Shown here piece after piece: positions 28,932 to 38,151 of a stretch of 42,486 bases of DNA. Position 1 is the first letter of the stretch. Every line of letters starts with the position of its first letter. A program made the position numbers and the translations under genes. The notes beneath the pieces were generated by a model that saw nothing but the letters and a program-made list of their open reading frames with translations, had not been told where the DNA came from and ran no database searches. This DNA is from an uncultured Collinsella sp. (lineage in GTDB: Bacteria; Actinomycetota; Coriobacteriia; Coriobacteriales; Coriobacteriaceae), in assembly GCA_902492545.1 (NCBI GenBank), contig CABULX010000001.1:1-42486 (forward strand). Direction: 5' to 3'.

Positions 28932-29861
28932 ATGTCGTTTACCGCTGAGGTGCGCGACGAGCTTGCGCGCTGCGAACCCGAATGTGAATACTGCGACTTG
29001 TCGACGCTTGCCGCCCTCACGCGCGTGAGTGGTACGCTCTCGCTTACCGGCTCTGGGCGGTATCGTTTGACGGTTGCGACTGAGACGGGAGCCGTTGCGC
29101 GCACGATGATCACGCTGACGCATCGCATCCTTAAGCTCAAAACGGAGTTCACCGTTCGCAAATCTGTATTGCATAAGGTTCGAAACTACCTCATCACCTT
29201 GCCTGATCAGCCCGATTTGGATAAGGCTCTGGTGCTGCTGGGTATCCTCGACCGGAGGGGAGGACTTGTCGCCGGCGTGCCCCGGCATATTGTTGCCCGT
29301 CCTTGCTGCAGACTTGCCTATATCCGCGGCGCGCTCATCGCGGGCGGGTTCGTGGCCGATCCACGCGGCGACTTTCATTTGGAGATCGCGGTGCAGGGCG
29401 AGCAATATGCCAAGGGGCTTTGCGACCTGTTGGAGCAGATTGGGGTCCACGCGCGTGTTAATGCGCGGCGGGGGTCTTATGCCGTGTACATTAAGAGCGC
29501 CGAGGAAATCGAGCATCTTTTAAAGCTGATTGGTGCCAAGCGCAGCGTTGCCGAGATTGAGGAGGCGCGCGCGGTCAAGTTGGTTAAGAACGATGTGAAC
29601 CGTCGCGTGAACGCCGAGCTCGCCAACCAGACCAGAAGCGCCGGTGCCGCCCAACATCAGCTTGCGCTTATCGATGAGCTCGAGCAGCGTGGTCTTCGCG
29701 ATGCGCTTCCGGATGCCCTGGCGGTCTTTTGCGACCTGCGCGAGCGCTATCCCGATCTGTCGCTGCGTGATTTGGGGGAGATGGCTGACCCTCCCTTGTC
29801 GAAGTCAGCCCTCTACCATCGTGTCTTGAGGCTTGAAAAGCTCATTGAAGCAAACAAGTAG
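28932..29861 (+). CDS. whiA: DNA-binding protein WhiA
   Basis: MSFTAEVRDEL, VNRRVNAELAN, C-terminal HTH SLRDLGEMADPPLSKS. Confidence 0.94.
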   Translation: MSFTAEVRDELARCEPECEYCDLSTLAALTRVSGTLSLTGSGRYRLTVATETGAVARTMITLTHRILKLKTEFTVRKSVLHKVRNYLITLPDQPDLDKALVLLGILDRRGGLVAGVPRHIVARPCCRLAYIRGALIAGGFVADPRGDFHLEIAVQGEQYAKGLCDLLEQIGVHARVNARRGSYAVYIKSAEEIEHLLKLIGAKRSVAEIEEARAVKLVKNDVNRRVNAELANQTRSAGAAQHQLALIDELEQRGLRDALPDALAVFCDLRERYPDLSLRDLGEMADPPLSKSALYHRVLRLEKLIEANK

Positions 29862-29906
29862 TTTACAGTATCGACGTATATACGGATTTAGCTGCTATTT
29901 TATTCT

Positions 29907-29920
29907 TTAAAACGTTTTAA
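29907..29920. promoter_or_regulatory. Perfect palindrome, candidate LacI-family operator upstream of gap
   Basis: TTAAAACGTTTTAA in AT-rich whiA-gap spacer; -10-like TATATT at 29977-29982. Confidence 0.55.
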
Positions 29921-30054
29921 CGTAAATTTGATTTTCAATTTCGAGCATTCTCGTGAAATTCAAGTCAAAAAAAAGGTATATTAGGCGAGTGGTTAGTTTG
30001 TGGGCCTCAACGGCAGGCGCTGTAGCTTGCGGGGGCCTTACGAAAGGAGACACA

Positions 30055-31080
30055 ATGGCAGTAAAGGTTGCTATTAACGGCTTCGGTCGCATCGGTCGTC
30101 TGGCTTTCCGTCAGATGTTCGGTCATGAGGGCTCCGAGATCGTCGCTATCAACGACCTCACCTCTCCCGATATGCTCGCTTACCTGCTGAAGTACGACTC
30201 CACGCAGGGCAACTATGCTCGCGATCACGAGGTCGTTGCTGGCGAGGATTCCATCACCGTTGACGGCAAGGAGATCAAGATCTACAAGGAGGCCGACGCC
30301 AACAACCTGCCTTGGGGCGACCTCGACGTCGACGTCGTTCTCGAGTGCACCGGCTTCTACACCAGCAAGGCTAAGGCTCAGGCCCACATCAACGCTGGCG
30401 CCAAGAAGGTCGTCATCTCCGCTCCGGCTGGCAGCGATCTGCCCACCATCGTGTACAACGTCAACCATGAGACGCTGACCGCTGAGGACAACATCATCTC
30501 CGCTGCTTCCTGCACCACCAACTGCCTCGCCCCGATGGCCAAGGGTCTGAACGACTTCGCTCCCATCGTGTCCGGCATCATGACCACCATTCACGCCTGG
30601 ACTGGCGACCAGATGCCGCTCGACGGCCCGCAGCGCAAGGGCAACAAGCGTCGTAGCCGCGCCTGCGCCGTCAACATCGTCCCCAACACCACCGGTGCTG
30701 CCAAGGCTATCGGCCTGGTTCTCCCCGAGCTCAACGGTAAGCTCATCGGTGCCGCCCAGCGCGTCCCGACGCCGACCGGCTCCATCACCAACCTCTACGC
30801 TGTCGTTGACAAGAAGGTCACCGTCGACGAGGTCAACGCTGCTATGAAGGCCTACGCTGCCACCATCTCCGAGACCTTCGGTTACAACGAGGACGACATC
30901 GTCTCCACCGACATCATCGGCGAGACCCACGGCTCCATCTTCGACGCCACTCAGACCATGTGCTCTGACCTCGGCAACGGCCAGACCCTCGTTCAGGTCA
31001 CCTCTTGGTACGACAACGAGAACTCCTACACCTCTCAGATGGTCCGCACCATCAAGTACTTCGAGAAGTTCGTTGCTTAA
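30055..31080 (+). CDS. gap: Type I glyceraldehyde-3-phosphate dehydrogenase
   Basis: [35 protein letters not shown]. Confidence 0.99.
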   Translation: MAVKVAINGFGRIGRLAFRQMFGHEGSEIVAINDLTSPDMLAYLLKYDSTQGNYARDHEVVAGEDSITVDGKEIKIYKEADANNLPWGDLDVDVVLECTGFYTSKAKAQAHINAGAKKVVISAPAGSDLPTIVYNVNHETLTAEDNIISAASCTTNCLAPMAKGLNDFAPIVSGIMTTIHAWTGDQMPLDGPQRKGNKRRSRACAVNIVPNTTGAAKAIGLVLPELNGKLIGAAQRVPTPTGSITNLYAVVDKKVTVDEVNAAMKAYAATISETFGYNEDDIVSTDIIGETHGSIFDATQTMCSDLGNGQTLVQVTSWYDNENSYTSQMVRTIKYFEKFVA

Positions 31081-31114
31081 TTTAGCTTTTAGCGAATAGC
31101 TCGTTGAGCGTCTA

Positions 31115-31165
31115 AAGAAGGGCGCGGCCTCATAGGGCTTACACCCTAGGGTCGCGCCCTTTTTA
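31115..31165 (+). terminator. Terminator-like hairpin after gap
   Basis: AAGGGCGCGGCCT / GGGTCGCGCCCTT stem with T5 tail. Confidence 0.75.
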
Positions 31166-31220
31166 TAAGAAATCGTCTGCCGTAATGGGAGGCAGACACG
31201 TACGAAAGGTAGAAGCAAAC

Positions 31221-32411
31221 ATGGCCTTTACCAAGAAGACCGTCCGCGACATCGATGTCGACGGCAAGCGCGTTCTCGTCCGCGTTGACTTCAACGTGCC
31301 TATCAAGGATGGCGTCGTTGGCGACACCACCCGTATCAAGGCTGCCCTGCCCACCATCAACTATCTCGTTGAGCACAACGCTCGCGTCATCCTCATGAGC
31401 CACCTCGGCCGTCCCGATGGCACCGGCTTCCAGCCCGAGCTGTCCCTCGAGCCCGTCGCCAAGAAGCTCGCTGAGCTCTCTGGTCTCGACGTTGCCTTTG
31501 TCGCCGACACTTACGGCGAGAAGGCTGCCGAGGCCGTCGCTGCCGTCGAGCCGGGCAAGGTTCTCGTTCTCGAGAATGTCCGCTTCGATAAGCGTGAGAA
31601 GAAGAACGATCCCGAGATCGCCAAGAAGCTCGCTTCCTATGGTGACGTCTTCGTTCTCGATGCCTTCGGCACCGCTCACCGCGCCCAGGGTTCCGTCGTG
31701 GGCCCCGCCGCTTACCTGCCTGCCGTCGCTGGCTTCCTGCTTGAGAAGGAGGTCGACACGCTGACCGGCATCTTCGCCGAGCCCGAGCGCCCCTTCGTCG
31801 CCATCGTCGGCGGTTCCAAGGTTTCCTCCAAGATCGGCGTTCTCGATCACCTCATCGACTCCGCTGACACCCTGATCATCGGTGGCGGCATGGCCTACAC
31901 CTTCTTCCTGGCTCAGGGCCTGACCGTCGGTCAGTCCCTCAAGGAAGAGGACTGGGTCGAGCGCGCTGGCGAGATGCTCAAGAAGGCCGAGGAGAAGGGC
32001 GTCAAGATCCTGCTCCCCATCGACAACCGCGTTGCCGATCACTTTGGCGAGGACGCTGTCCCCGAGGTTGTCGCTTCCGACGCTATCCCCGACGATCGTG
32101 AGGGTATGGACATCGGCCCCAAGACCGAGGAGCTTTACGCTGAGGCCGTCAAGGGCGCCAAGACCGTGTTCTGGAACGGCCCCATGGGCGTCTTCGAGTT
32201 CGACAACTTCGCTCACGGCACCCAGGCTATCGCCGAGGCTGTCGCCGAGGCCGACTGCACCTCGATCATCGGCGGTGGCGACTCCGTCGCAGCTGTCAAC
32301 AAGTTCAGCTTGGCCGACAAGATGAGCTGGATCTCCACCGGCGGTGGCGCTTCCATGGAGCTCGTCGAGGGTAAGGCCCTGCCCGGAGTGGAGGCGCTTC
32401 TCGATGCCTAA
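31221..32411 (+). CDS. pgk: Phosphoglycerate kinase
   Basis: RVDFNVP, SHLGRP, GGSKVSSKI, WNGPMGVFE, ISTGGGAS. Confidence 0.99.
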   Translation: MAFTKKTVRDIDVDGKRVLVRVDFNVPIKDGVVGDTTRIKAALPTINYLVEHNARVILMSHLGRPDGTGFQPELSLEPVAKKLAELSGLDVAFVADTYGEKAAEAVAAVEPGKVLVLENVRFDKREKKNDPEIAKKLASYGDVFVLDAFGTAHRAQGSVVGPAAYLPAVAGFLLEKEVDTLTGIFAEPERPFVAIVGGSKVSSKIGVLDHLIDSADTLIIGGGMAYTFFLAQGLTVGQSLKEEDWVERAGEMLKKAEEKGVKILLPIDNRVADHFGEDAVPEVVASDAIPDDREGMDIGPKTEELYAEAVKGAKTVFWNGPMGVFEFDNFAHGTQAIAEAVAEADCTSIIGGGDSVAAVNKFSLADKMSWISTGGGASMELVEGKALPGVEALLDA

Positions 32412-33171
32412 TCGCACCCTTCTTATCGCTGGTAACTGGAAGATGAACAACGACGTCGCCGAGGCTGCCAAGCTCGCCGACGAGCTGGCCCAGGCTCTGC
32501 CCGAGGTTCCGGCTGGCGTCGAGGTGCTCGTCTGCCCTCCGACCATCGACATCACCACGGTTCATGACCGTATTCAGGCTGCCCCCATCGCCCTCGGTGC
32601 ACAGAACGTGTACTGGGAGGCCAAGGGTGCCTTCACCGGTGAGTCCTCTTGCGACATGCTCAAGTCCGCTGGCTGCACCTACTGCATCATCGGTCACTCC
32701 GAGCGTCGCGACTACTTCCACGAGACCGACGAGGACCAGAACAAGAAGGCCAAGGCTCTCGTTGCCGCCGGTCTTGTTCCCGTCTTCTGCTGCGGCGAGT
32801 CCCTCGAGGTCCGCGAGGCTGGCACCTATGTCGAGCACGTCGTGAACCAGGTCAAGGCAGGCCTTGCTGGCCTTGAGATCACCTGCCCCAAGCAGGTCGT
32901 CGTCGCCTACGAGCCCATCTGGGCCATCGGCACCGGCAAGACCGCTACCGCCGAGGACGCTCAGGAGGTCTGCGGCGCTATCCGTGAGACCCTCAAGGAG
33001 ATGTTCGGCGAGGAGCTTGCTAACGGCATCCGCGTTCTCTATGGTGGCTCTGCCAAGCCCGGCAACATCGCCGAGCTCGTCGCCAAGCCCGACGTTGACG
33101 GCGCCCTCGTGGGCGGCGCTTCGCTCAAGGCTGCCGACTTCGCCTCTATGGTCGTCAAGGCAGGCGAGTAG
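32404..33171 (+). CDS. tpiA: Triosephosphate isomerase
   Basis: AGNWKMN, GHSERR, AYEPIWAIGTG, LVGGASL. Confidence 0.99.
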   Translation: MPNRTLLIAGNWKMNNDVAEAAKLADELAQALPEVPAGVEVLVCPPTIDITTVHDRIQAAPIALGAQNVYWEAKGAFTGESSCDMLKSAGCTYCIIGHSERRDYFHETDEDQNKKAKALVAAGLVPVFCCGESLEVREAGTYVEHVVNQVKAGLAGLEITCPKQVVVAYEPIWAIGTGKTATAEDAQEVCGAIRETLKEMFGEELANGIRVLYGGSAKPGNIAELVAKPDVDGALVGGASLKAADFASMVVKAGE

Positions 33172-33176
33172 GACAT

Positions 33177-34730
33177 ATGGCACAGCGTCATCTTCCTGCA
33201 CTCCTGATCATCATGGACGGCTGCGGCCTGGCTCCGGCCGATGGCGAGAACGCCGTCGCCGCTGCCAAGACGCCCTTCCTTGATAGCCTGTACGAGAAGT
33301 ATCCTCACACCACGCTCGGCGCTTCGGGCGAGGACGTGGGCCTTCCCGACGGCCAGATGGGCAACTCCGAGGTGGGTCACCTCAACATCGGTGCCGGTCG
33401 CATCGTGTTCCAGGAGCTTTCGCGCATCAACAACGCCATCAAGGACGGCTCCATCGCCAAGAACGAGGTTTTCGTCAAGGCTATGGACGATGTCAAGGCC
33501 GAGGGCAAGACTCTCCACCTCATGGGCCTTATGAGCCCTGGCGGTGTTCATTCTCACATGAACCACGTCGAGGCTCTGGTCAAGATGGCTGCCCAGCATG
33601 GCGTCAAGACCGTTCGCGTCCACGCCTTCATGGATGGCCGCGACGTCGACCCGCAGTCCGGTGCCGGTTACATGAGTGAGTTCTGCGCCTTCCTGGCTAA
33701 GATCTCCGAGGAGACCGGTTGCGACGCTCGCGTTGCCACCGTCTCGGGCCGTTATTGGGCCATGGACCGCGATAATCGTTGGGAGCGCATCCAGCGCGCC
33801 TACGATGTCATGGTCAACGCGTCCGATGCTGATACCGACCCCGTTGCCGGTATCAAGGCCTACTACGAGAAGGATCCGCGCGGCGACGAGTTCGTCGAAC
33901 CCTTCGCTGCCCACAACGAGGGCATCCACGAGGGCGACGCGGCCATCTTCTTCAACTTCCGTCCCGACCGCGCTCGTCAGATGACCCGCGTGTTCACGGA
34001 CAAGGAGTTCGACGGCTTTGAGCGCGAGCAGATCAAGCTTTCGCACTTTGTGACGATGACCGAGTACGATCCGACGTTTGACGTCGAGGTCGCCTTCCCC
34101 AAGACGTTCCCCGAGAACGTCCTGGCCGACGTCATCGCCGCCAATGGCCTGAAGCAGCTGCACACCGCCGAGACCGAGAAGTACGCCCACGTGACGTTCT
34201 TCCTCAACGGCGGCATCGAGGAGCCCAAGGAGGGCGAGGAGCGCGTGCTCGTCGCTTCCCCCAAGGTCGCTACCTACGATCTGCAGCCCGAGATGAGTGC
34301 TCCCGAGGTTACCGAGAAGCTTGTCGCCGCCATCAACGAGGATCGCGCTGATTTCTACATCGTGAACTTCGCGAACTGCGACATGGTTGGCCACACCGGT
34401 GTCTTCGACGCCGCCGTTAAGGCCGTCGAGGCTGTTGACGATGCCCTGTCCAAGGTTGTCCCGGCGATTCTCGCCAAGGGCGGCTTTGCGCTGATTACCG
34501 CCGACCACGGCAACGCCGATCACATGTTTGACGTTGCTTCCGACGGTTCCAAGCATCCGTTTACGGCTCACACCACCAACCGCGTGCCGTTCATCATTGT
34601 TGATGAGAAGGCACAGCTCACCGGTATCGAGGACGGCCGTCTTTCCGATATCGCTCCGACCATGCTCACCATGGCTGGTATTGAGCCTTCCGCCGAGATG
34701 ACGGGTCGCGTGCTCGCCACCGAGGCCTAA
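33177..34730 (+). CDS. gpmI: 2,3-BPG-independent phosphoglycerate mutase
   Basis: GQMGNSEVGH, GRYWAMDRD, NFRPDRARQ, DMVGHTG, TADHGNA. Confidence 0.98.
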   Translation: MAQRHLPALLIIMDGCGLAPADGENAVAAAKTPFLDSLYEKYPHTTLGASGEDVGLPDGQMGNSEVGHLNIGAGRIVFQELSRINNAIKDGSIAKNEVFVKAMDDVKAEGKTLHLMGLMSPGGVHSHMNHVEALVKMAAQHGVKTVRVHAFMDGRDVDPQSGAGYMSEFCAFLAKISEETGCDARVATVSGRYWAMDRDNRWERIQRAYDVMVNASDADTDPVAGIKAYYEKDPRGDEFVEPFAAHNEGIHEGDAAIFFNFRPDRARQMTRVFTDKEFDGFEREQIKLSHFVTMTEYDPTFDVEVAFPKTFPENVLADVIAANGLKQLHTAETEKYAHVTFFLNGGIEEPKEGEERVLVASPKVATYDLQPEMSAPEVTEKLVAAINEDRADFYIVNFANCDMVGHTGVFDAAVKAVEAVDDALSKVVPAILAKGGFALITADHGNADHMFDVASDGSKHPFTAHTTNRVPFIIVDEKAQLTGIEDGRLSDIAPTMLTMAGIEPSAEMTGRVLATEA

Positions 34731-34755
34731 GAGAAAACTCCAAGCGTTTTCTTGT

Positions 34756-34789
34756 AGGGGGTTGCCCATATTTGGGCAATCCCCTTTTT
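34756..34789 (+). terminator. Intrinsic terminator of the glycolytic operon
   Basis: AGGGGGTTGCCCA / TGGGCAATCCCCT stem followed by TTTT. Confidence 0.8.
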
Positions 34790-34826
34790 CTGCCATTTGG
34801 GGACGGGGTAGAAATGGTAGAAATAG
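34790..34826 (+). repeat. Left inverted repeat / REP-like hairpin
   Basis: CTGCCA-tttgg-GGACGGGGTAGAAATGGTAGAAATAG. Confidence 0.85.
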
Positions 34827-34963
34827 TTTTCCTCTAAAGCTTGACTTTCCGTTTGCCTGTGATGGTTTGCCGCTGGCTAGTTTTCTTTCGTTGCCAACCT
34901 TGTATTAATGCCTATCTGGGTAGAGTCTGATGCAAACACGCTTGCGGATTGTGAGGTCCAGCA

Positions 34964-35713
34964 ATGACGAGGCAGGCCAGAGTTAAGTCCCCCTACGGCT
35001 ATTACCACGTGATGATGAGAGGCTGTGGCAAGCAGTATCTATTCGAAGAGAATTATCAGCGCAGGTTTTTCTTGTCCGTAGCTGGCGAAGCATGCACGCA
35101 GTACAAGGCATCGCTGTGCGCCTGGTGCCTCATGGACAACCACGTGCATATGCTGCTTTCTGATCACGAGGACCATATGTGGGAGATTATCCATTACATA
35201 GGAACCCTCTATGGTCAGTTTTTCAACAGGGTGACCGGACGCTGTGGCCCTGTATTTCAGGATCGCTATAAAAGTAAGCCAATCGAGTCTAACGACTATT
35301 TTATGCAAGCAATTCGCTATATTCACGATAATCCGATTGAGCTGGGTTGCCGTCCGGAATGCTACCAATGGAGCAGCTATCAAGCCTACCTTGGTGAAGG
35401 CGGCCATCTGGACCGAAGCATCCTATTTAGTTTAATCGGCGGACAGGGAAATTTTGAATCCTTTAGCAAATCGGGCCGCAAGGATACCTATGCATTGAAT
35501 ACGGGTCGTTCGATGACGGTATTTGAGCAGGAGCGCAAGGCTAGGGGAGTTCTGAACGGCATGGATCCCCGAGACGTCATAGGGCTTCCCGGTCCATTTG
35601 AACGTGCCGAGGCTGTTCGAAGGCTGTATGAGGCTGGCTTTAGTGAGCGACAGATTGTCCGTCTTACGGGGCTTGGACGCTATGTCGTTCAAACTGCTGT
35701 CAAATCACTTTAA
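34964..35713 (+). CDS. REP-associated tyrosine transposase-like protein (IS200/Y1 HUH family) with C-terminal HTH
   Basis: YYHVMMRG, HUH motif NHVHML, FQDRYKS, YIHDNP, YQWSSY; C-terminal GFSERQIVRLTGLGRYVV; codon usage visibly more AT-rich than neighbours. Confidence 0.9.
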   Translation: MTRQARVKSPYGYYHVMMRGCGKQYLFEENYQRRFFLSVAGEACTQYKASLCAWCLMDNHVHMLLSDHEDHMWEIIHYIGTLYGQFFNRVTGRCGPVFQDRYKSKPIESNDYFMQAIRYIHDNPIELGCRPECYQWSSYQAYLGEGGHLDRSILFSLIGGQGNFESFSKSGRKDTYALNTGRSMTVFEQERKARGVLNGMDPRDVIGLPGPFERAEAVRRLYEAGFSERQIVRLTGLGRYVVQTAVKSL

Positions 35714-35730
35714 TAGATGAAAATCAAGAG

Positions 35731-35767
35731 CTATTTCTGCCATTTCTACCCCGTCCTTGAGTGGCAG
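35731..35767 (-). repeat. Right inverted repeat / REP-like hairpin
   Basis: Reverse complement CTGCCA-ctcaa-GGACGGGGTAGAAATGGCAGAAATAG; 25/26 identical core to left repeat. Confidence 0.85.
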
Positions 35768-35833
35768 GTAGGGGAGAGCGGGGGATTGTGGTACAGTACT
35801 GGAGTTTGAATTGTTCTATTAAGGAGCTTATCT

Positions 35834-36088
35834 ATGGGTCCGTTCCAGATTCTTCTGTTTGTCGTTTGGGCTGTTTCTGCCGTGGCGCTGACGATTCTCG
35901 TCCTGATGCATTCCGGTAAGGGTACCGGCGTTTCGGATATGATTGCCAGCTCGCTGTATAACTCCAGCTCAGCCACAGGCGTTATGGAGCAGAACCTTGA
36001 CCGCCTGACCGTCATCATGGCTGTCGTGTTTGCTGCGTGCGTCGTGCTGTGCATGTTCTTCTTCCCGCAGGGCATCGTGGGCTACTAA
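35834..36088 (+). CDS. secG: Preprotein translocase subunit SecG
   Basis: Two TM segments flanking LMHSGKGTG..NLDRLT; AAGGAG RBS; usual position downstream of tpiA. Confidence 0.93.
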   Translation: MGPFQILLFVVWAVSAVALTILVLMHSGKGTGVSDMIASSLYNSSSATGVMEQNLDRLTVIMAVVFAACVVLCMFFFPQGIVGY

Positions 36089-36113
36089 GCATCGGCGTAT
36101 ATACGTTTGCAAT

Positions 36114-36141
36114 GGGTCTCGCATGTGCGGGACCCTTTTTG
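36114..36141 (+). terminator. Intrinsic terminator after secG
   Basis: GGGTCTCGCA/TGCGGGACCC followed by TTTTT. Confidence 0.8.
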
Positions 36142-36378
36142 TTTACATATTTGTAACAGAGTCAAAATATCCCCACATACTTCGCCCAACTAAAGAAATT
36201 CTCGACCGTTAACCGGAATTAGCCCCAAATCGTGCATAAAATGCGCTACTGTATTGCAATACGTTGGTCCGCTTTGTATAACCAGCCAAAACGGCGGACC
36301 GCGTTTGAATGGTTCGATTGGGCTGTCTTGACGTTGCCCGACCGAACTTACTTTGTCCTATCTCATAAGGAGGATGGC

Positions 36379-38055
36379 ATGGCTGATTCTATGTTCCACC
36401 AGCCCGTTATGGGTCGTCGCGCCTTTGTCGGCGGTACCCTTGCTGCGAGCTCCATGGCTTTTCTTGCCGCATGCGGCAAGAAGGGCGGCGACGCTTCCGG
36501 TTCTGAGTCCGGTTCGACGCTGAACTTCTACATCAACAACCCGGTCTGCATCGACCCCTATAACGTCCAGGAGGACCAGGGCACTCAGGTCGAGTACCAG
36601 CTCTTTGATGCTCTGACCTCTTATGACGCCGAGAAGGGCGAGATCGTTCCGCTGGCTTGCGAGTCCTTTGAGGCCAACGACGACGCCACCGAGTTCACCT
36701 TCAAGATCAAGAAGGCCAAGTTCCACAACGGTGACGACGTTACCTCCAAGTCCTTCAAGCTCGGTTGGGAGCGTCTGGTCAACACCAAGTCGGCCATCGC
36801 TACCGAGTACGGCCCTTCCGAGGTCTCCTATCACCTTTCCATGGTCGAGGGTTATGACGACCTGCTTGCCGGTAACGTTACCGAGCTCAGCGGTGTTACT
36901 TGCCCCGACGATGAGACCCTCGTCGTCAAGCTGTCTTCCGCTTACGCCGACTTCCCCTTCGTCGCCTCTCACCCGGCTCTGGCCCCGGTTCCCGAGTGCG
37001 CCGAGTCTGATGTCAAGAGCTTCTACCTTGCACCGGTCGGTAACGGCCCGTTCATGATGGACGGCAAGTGGGAGGATGGTCAGGAGATCAACCTCAAGAA
37101 GTTCGACGATTACTATGGCGACAAGGCCAAGATCGATGGCATCCACTTCCAGGTCATCAAGGACATGGAGACCGCTTACAAGGAGTTCCAGGCCGGTAAC
37201 CTCGATGTCTGCGACGTTCCCGTCGCTCAGATCGATGCCGCCAAGAAGGATCGCGGCGTGTCCAAGGACGGCTACACCATGGGTGACGGCGAGCGCATGC
37301 TGCTCGGCGCCGAGCCTTCCACCTACTATCTGACCTGCAACACCACGGCCGAGCCGTTCAACAACGCCGACCTGCGTAGGGGCATCTCCCTGGCCATCAA
37401 CCGTGAGGCCATCTGCAAGACCATCTTCAAGGGTACCCGTACCCCTGCCGACGGCATTGTTCCTCCGGGCATCGATGGCTACAAGGAGGGCGCATGGGAG
37501 TTCTGCGCCTACGATGTCGACAAGGCTAACGAGTACCTCGACAAGGTTGCTCCCGCTGGCGCTAACGGGGATCGTGGCATTAGCGTGACCCTGTCCTACA
37601 ACCAGGACGGCGGTCACAAGGAGATCATGGAGTCCATCATCGGCGACCTCGCCAAGGTTGGCGTTACCGCTGTCTCCGATACCCCTGAGTGGTCTGCCCT
37701 GCTCGAGCAGTATCAGAACTTTAACTATCAGTTCGGTCGTCTGGGTTGGATTGCCGACTACCCGATTATGGACAACTTCCTGTATCCGCTGTTCCACTCT
37801 GACTCCCTCGGTGGCGACAACCGTTCCGGTTACAACAACCCCGAGTTCGACGCCAAGGTCAACGAGGCTCGCACTACTGTTGACGACGAAGAGCGCGTCG
37901 CTAAGATGCAGGAGGCTGACGCTATGGTCGCTGCCGACTGCCCGGTCATCCCGGTGATGTTCTACACGCACACCATCGTCGGCTCCGATCGCATCAAGCA
38001 CCTCTATGTCGATCCGCAGAAGCACGCCGAGCTGGGTACCGCTGAGCTCGCCTAA
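36379..38055 (+). CDS. oppA: Oligopeptide/dipeptide ABC substrate-binding lipoprotein
   Basis: GRRAFVG twin-Arg signal plus LAAC lipobox; KFHNGDDVT, VGNGPF, LGWIADYP; AAGGAGG RBS. Confidence 0.9.
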   Translation: MADSMFHQPVMGRRAFVGGTLAASSMAFLAACGKKGGDASGSESGSTLNFYINNPVCIDPYNVQEDQGTQVEYQLFDALTSYDAEKGEIVPLACESFEANDDATEFTFKIKKAKFHNGDDVTSKSFKLGWERLVNTKSAIATEYGPSEVSYHLSMVEGYDDLLAGNVTELSGVTCPDDETLVVKLSSAYADFPFVASHPALAPVPECAESDVKSFYLAPVGNGPFMMDGKWEDGQEINLKKFDDYYGDKAKIDGIHFQVIKDMETAYKEFQAGNLDVCDVPVAQIDAAKKDRGVSKDGYTMGDGERMLLGAEPSTYYLTCNTTAEPFNNADLRRGISLAINREAICKTIFKGTRTPADGIVPPGIDGYKEGAWEFCAYDVDKANEYLDKVAPAGANGDRGISVTLSYNQDGGHKEIMESIIGDLAKVGVTAVSDTPEWSALLEQYQNFNYQFGRLGWIADYPIMDNFLYPLFHSDSLGGDNRSGYNNPEFDAKVNEARTTVDDEERVAKMQEADAMVAADCPVIPVMFYTHTIVGSDRIKHLYVDPQKHAELGTAELA

Positions 38056-38151
38056 GAGTTTGCAGCTTCCGTGAGGGTCAAGTATTTACGTAGACCTCAT
38101 GGGAAACATACAGTTCTCCCTAACCTGGGGTAAACTGGCTGATGGTAATTT

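Larger units (their letters stand above)
34790..35767. mobile_element. RAYT-like element bounded by ~37-bp inverted repeats
   Basis: Single Y1/HUH transposase ORF between inverted repeats 34790-34826 and 35731-35767. Confidence 0.7.

Noticed and set aside
29951..29968. Possible Rex operator upstream of gap (TCGTGAA...)
   Set aside because: Only one half-site resembles TTGTGAA-N4-TTCACAA
34790..35767. IS200/IS605 element with TnpB, or a CRISPR-like array
   Set aside because: No tnpB ORF, and only two repeat copies in inverted orientation with no spacers
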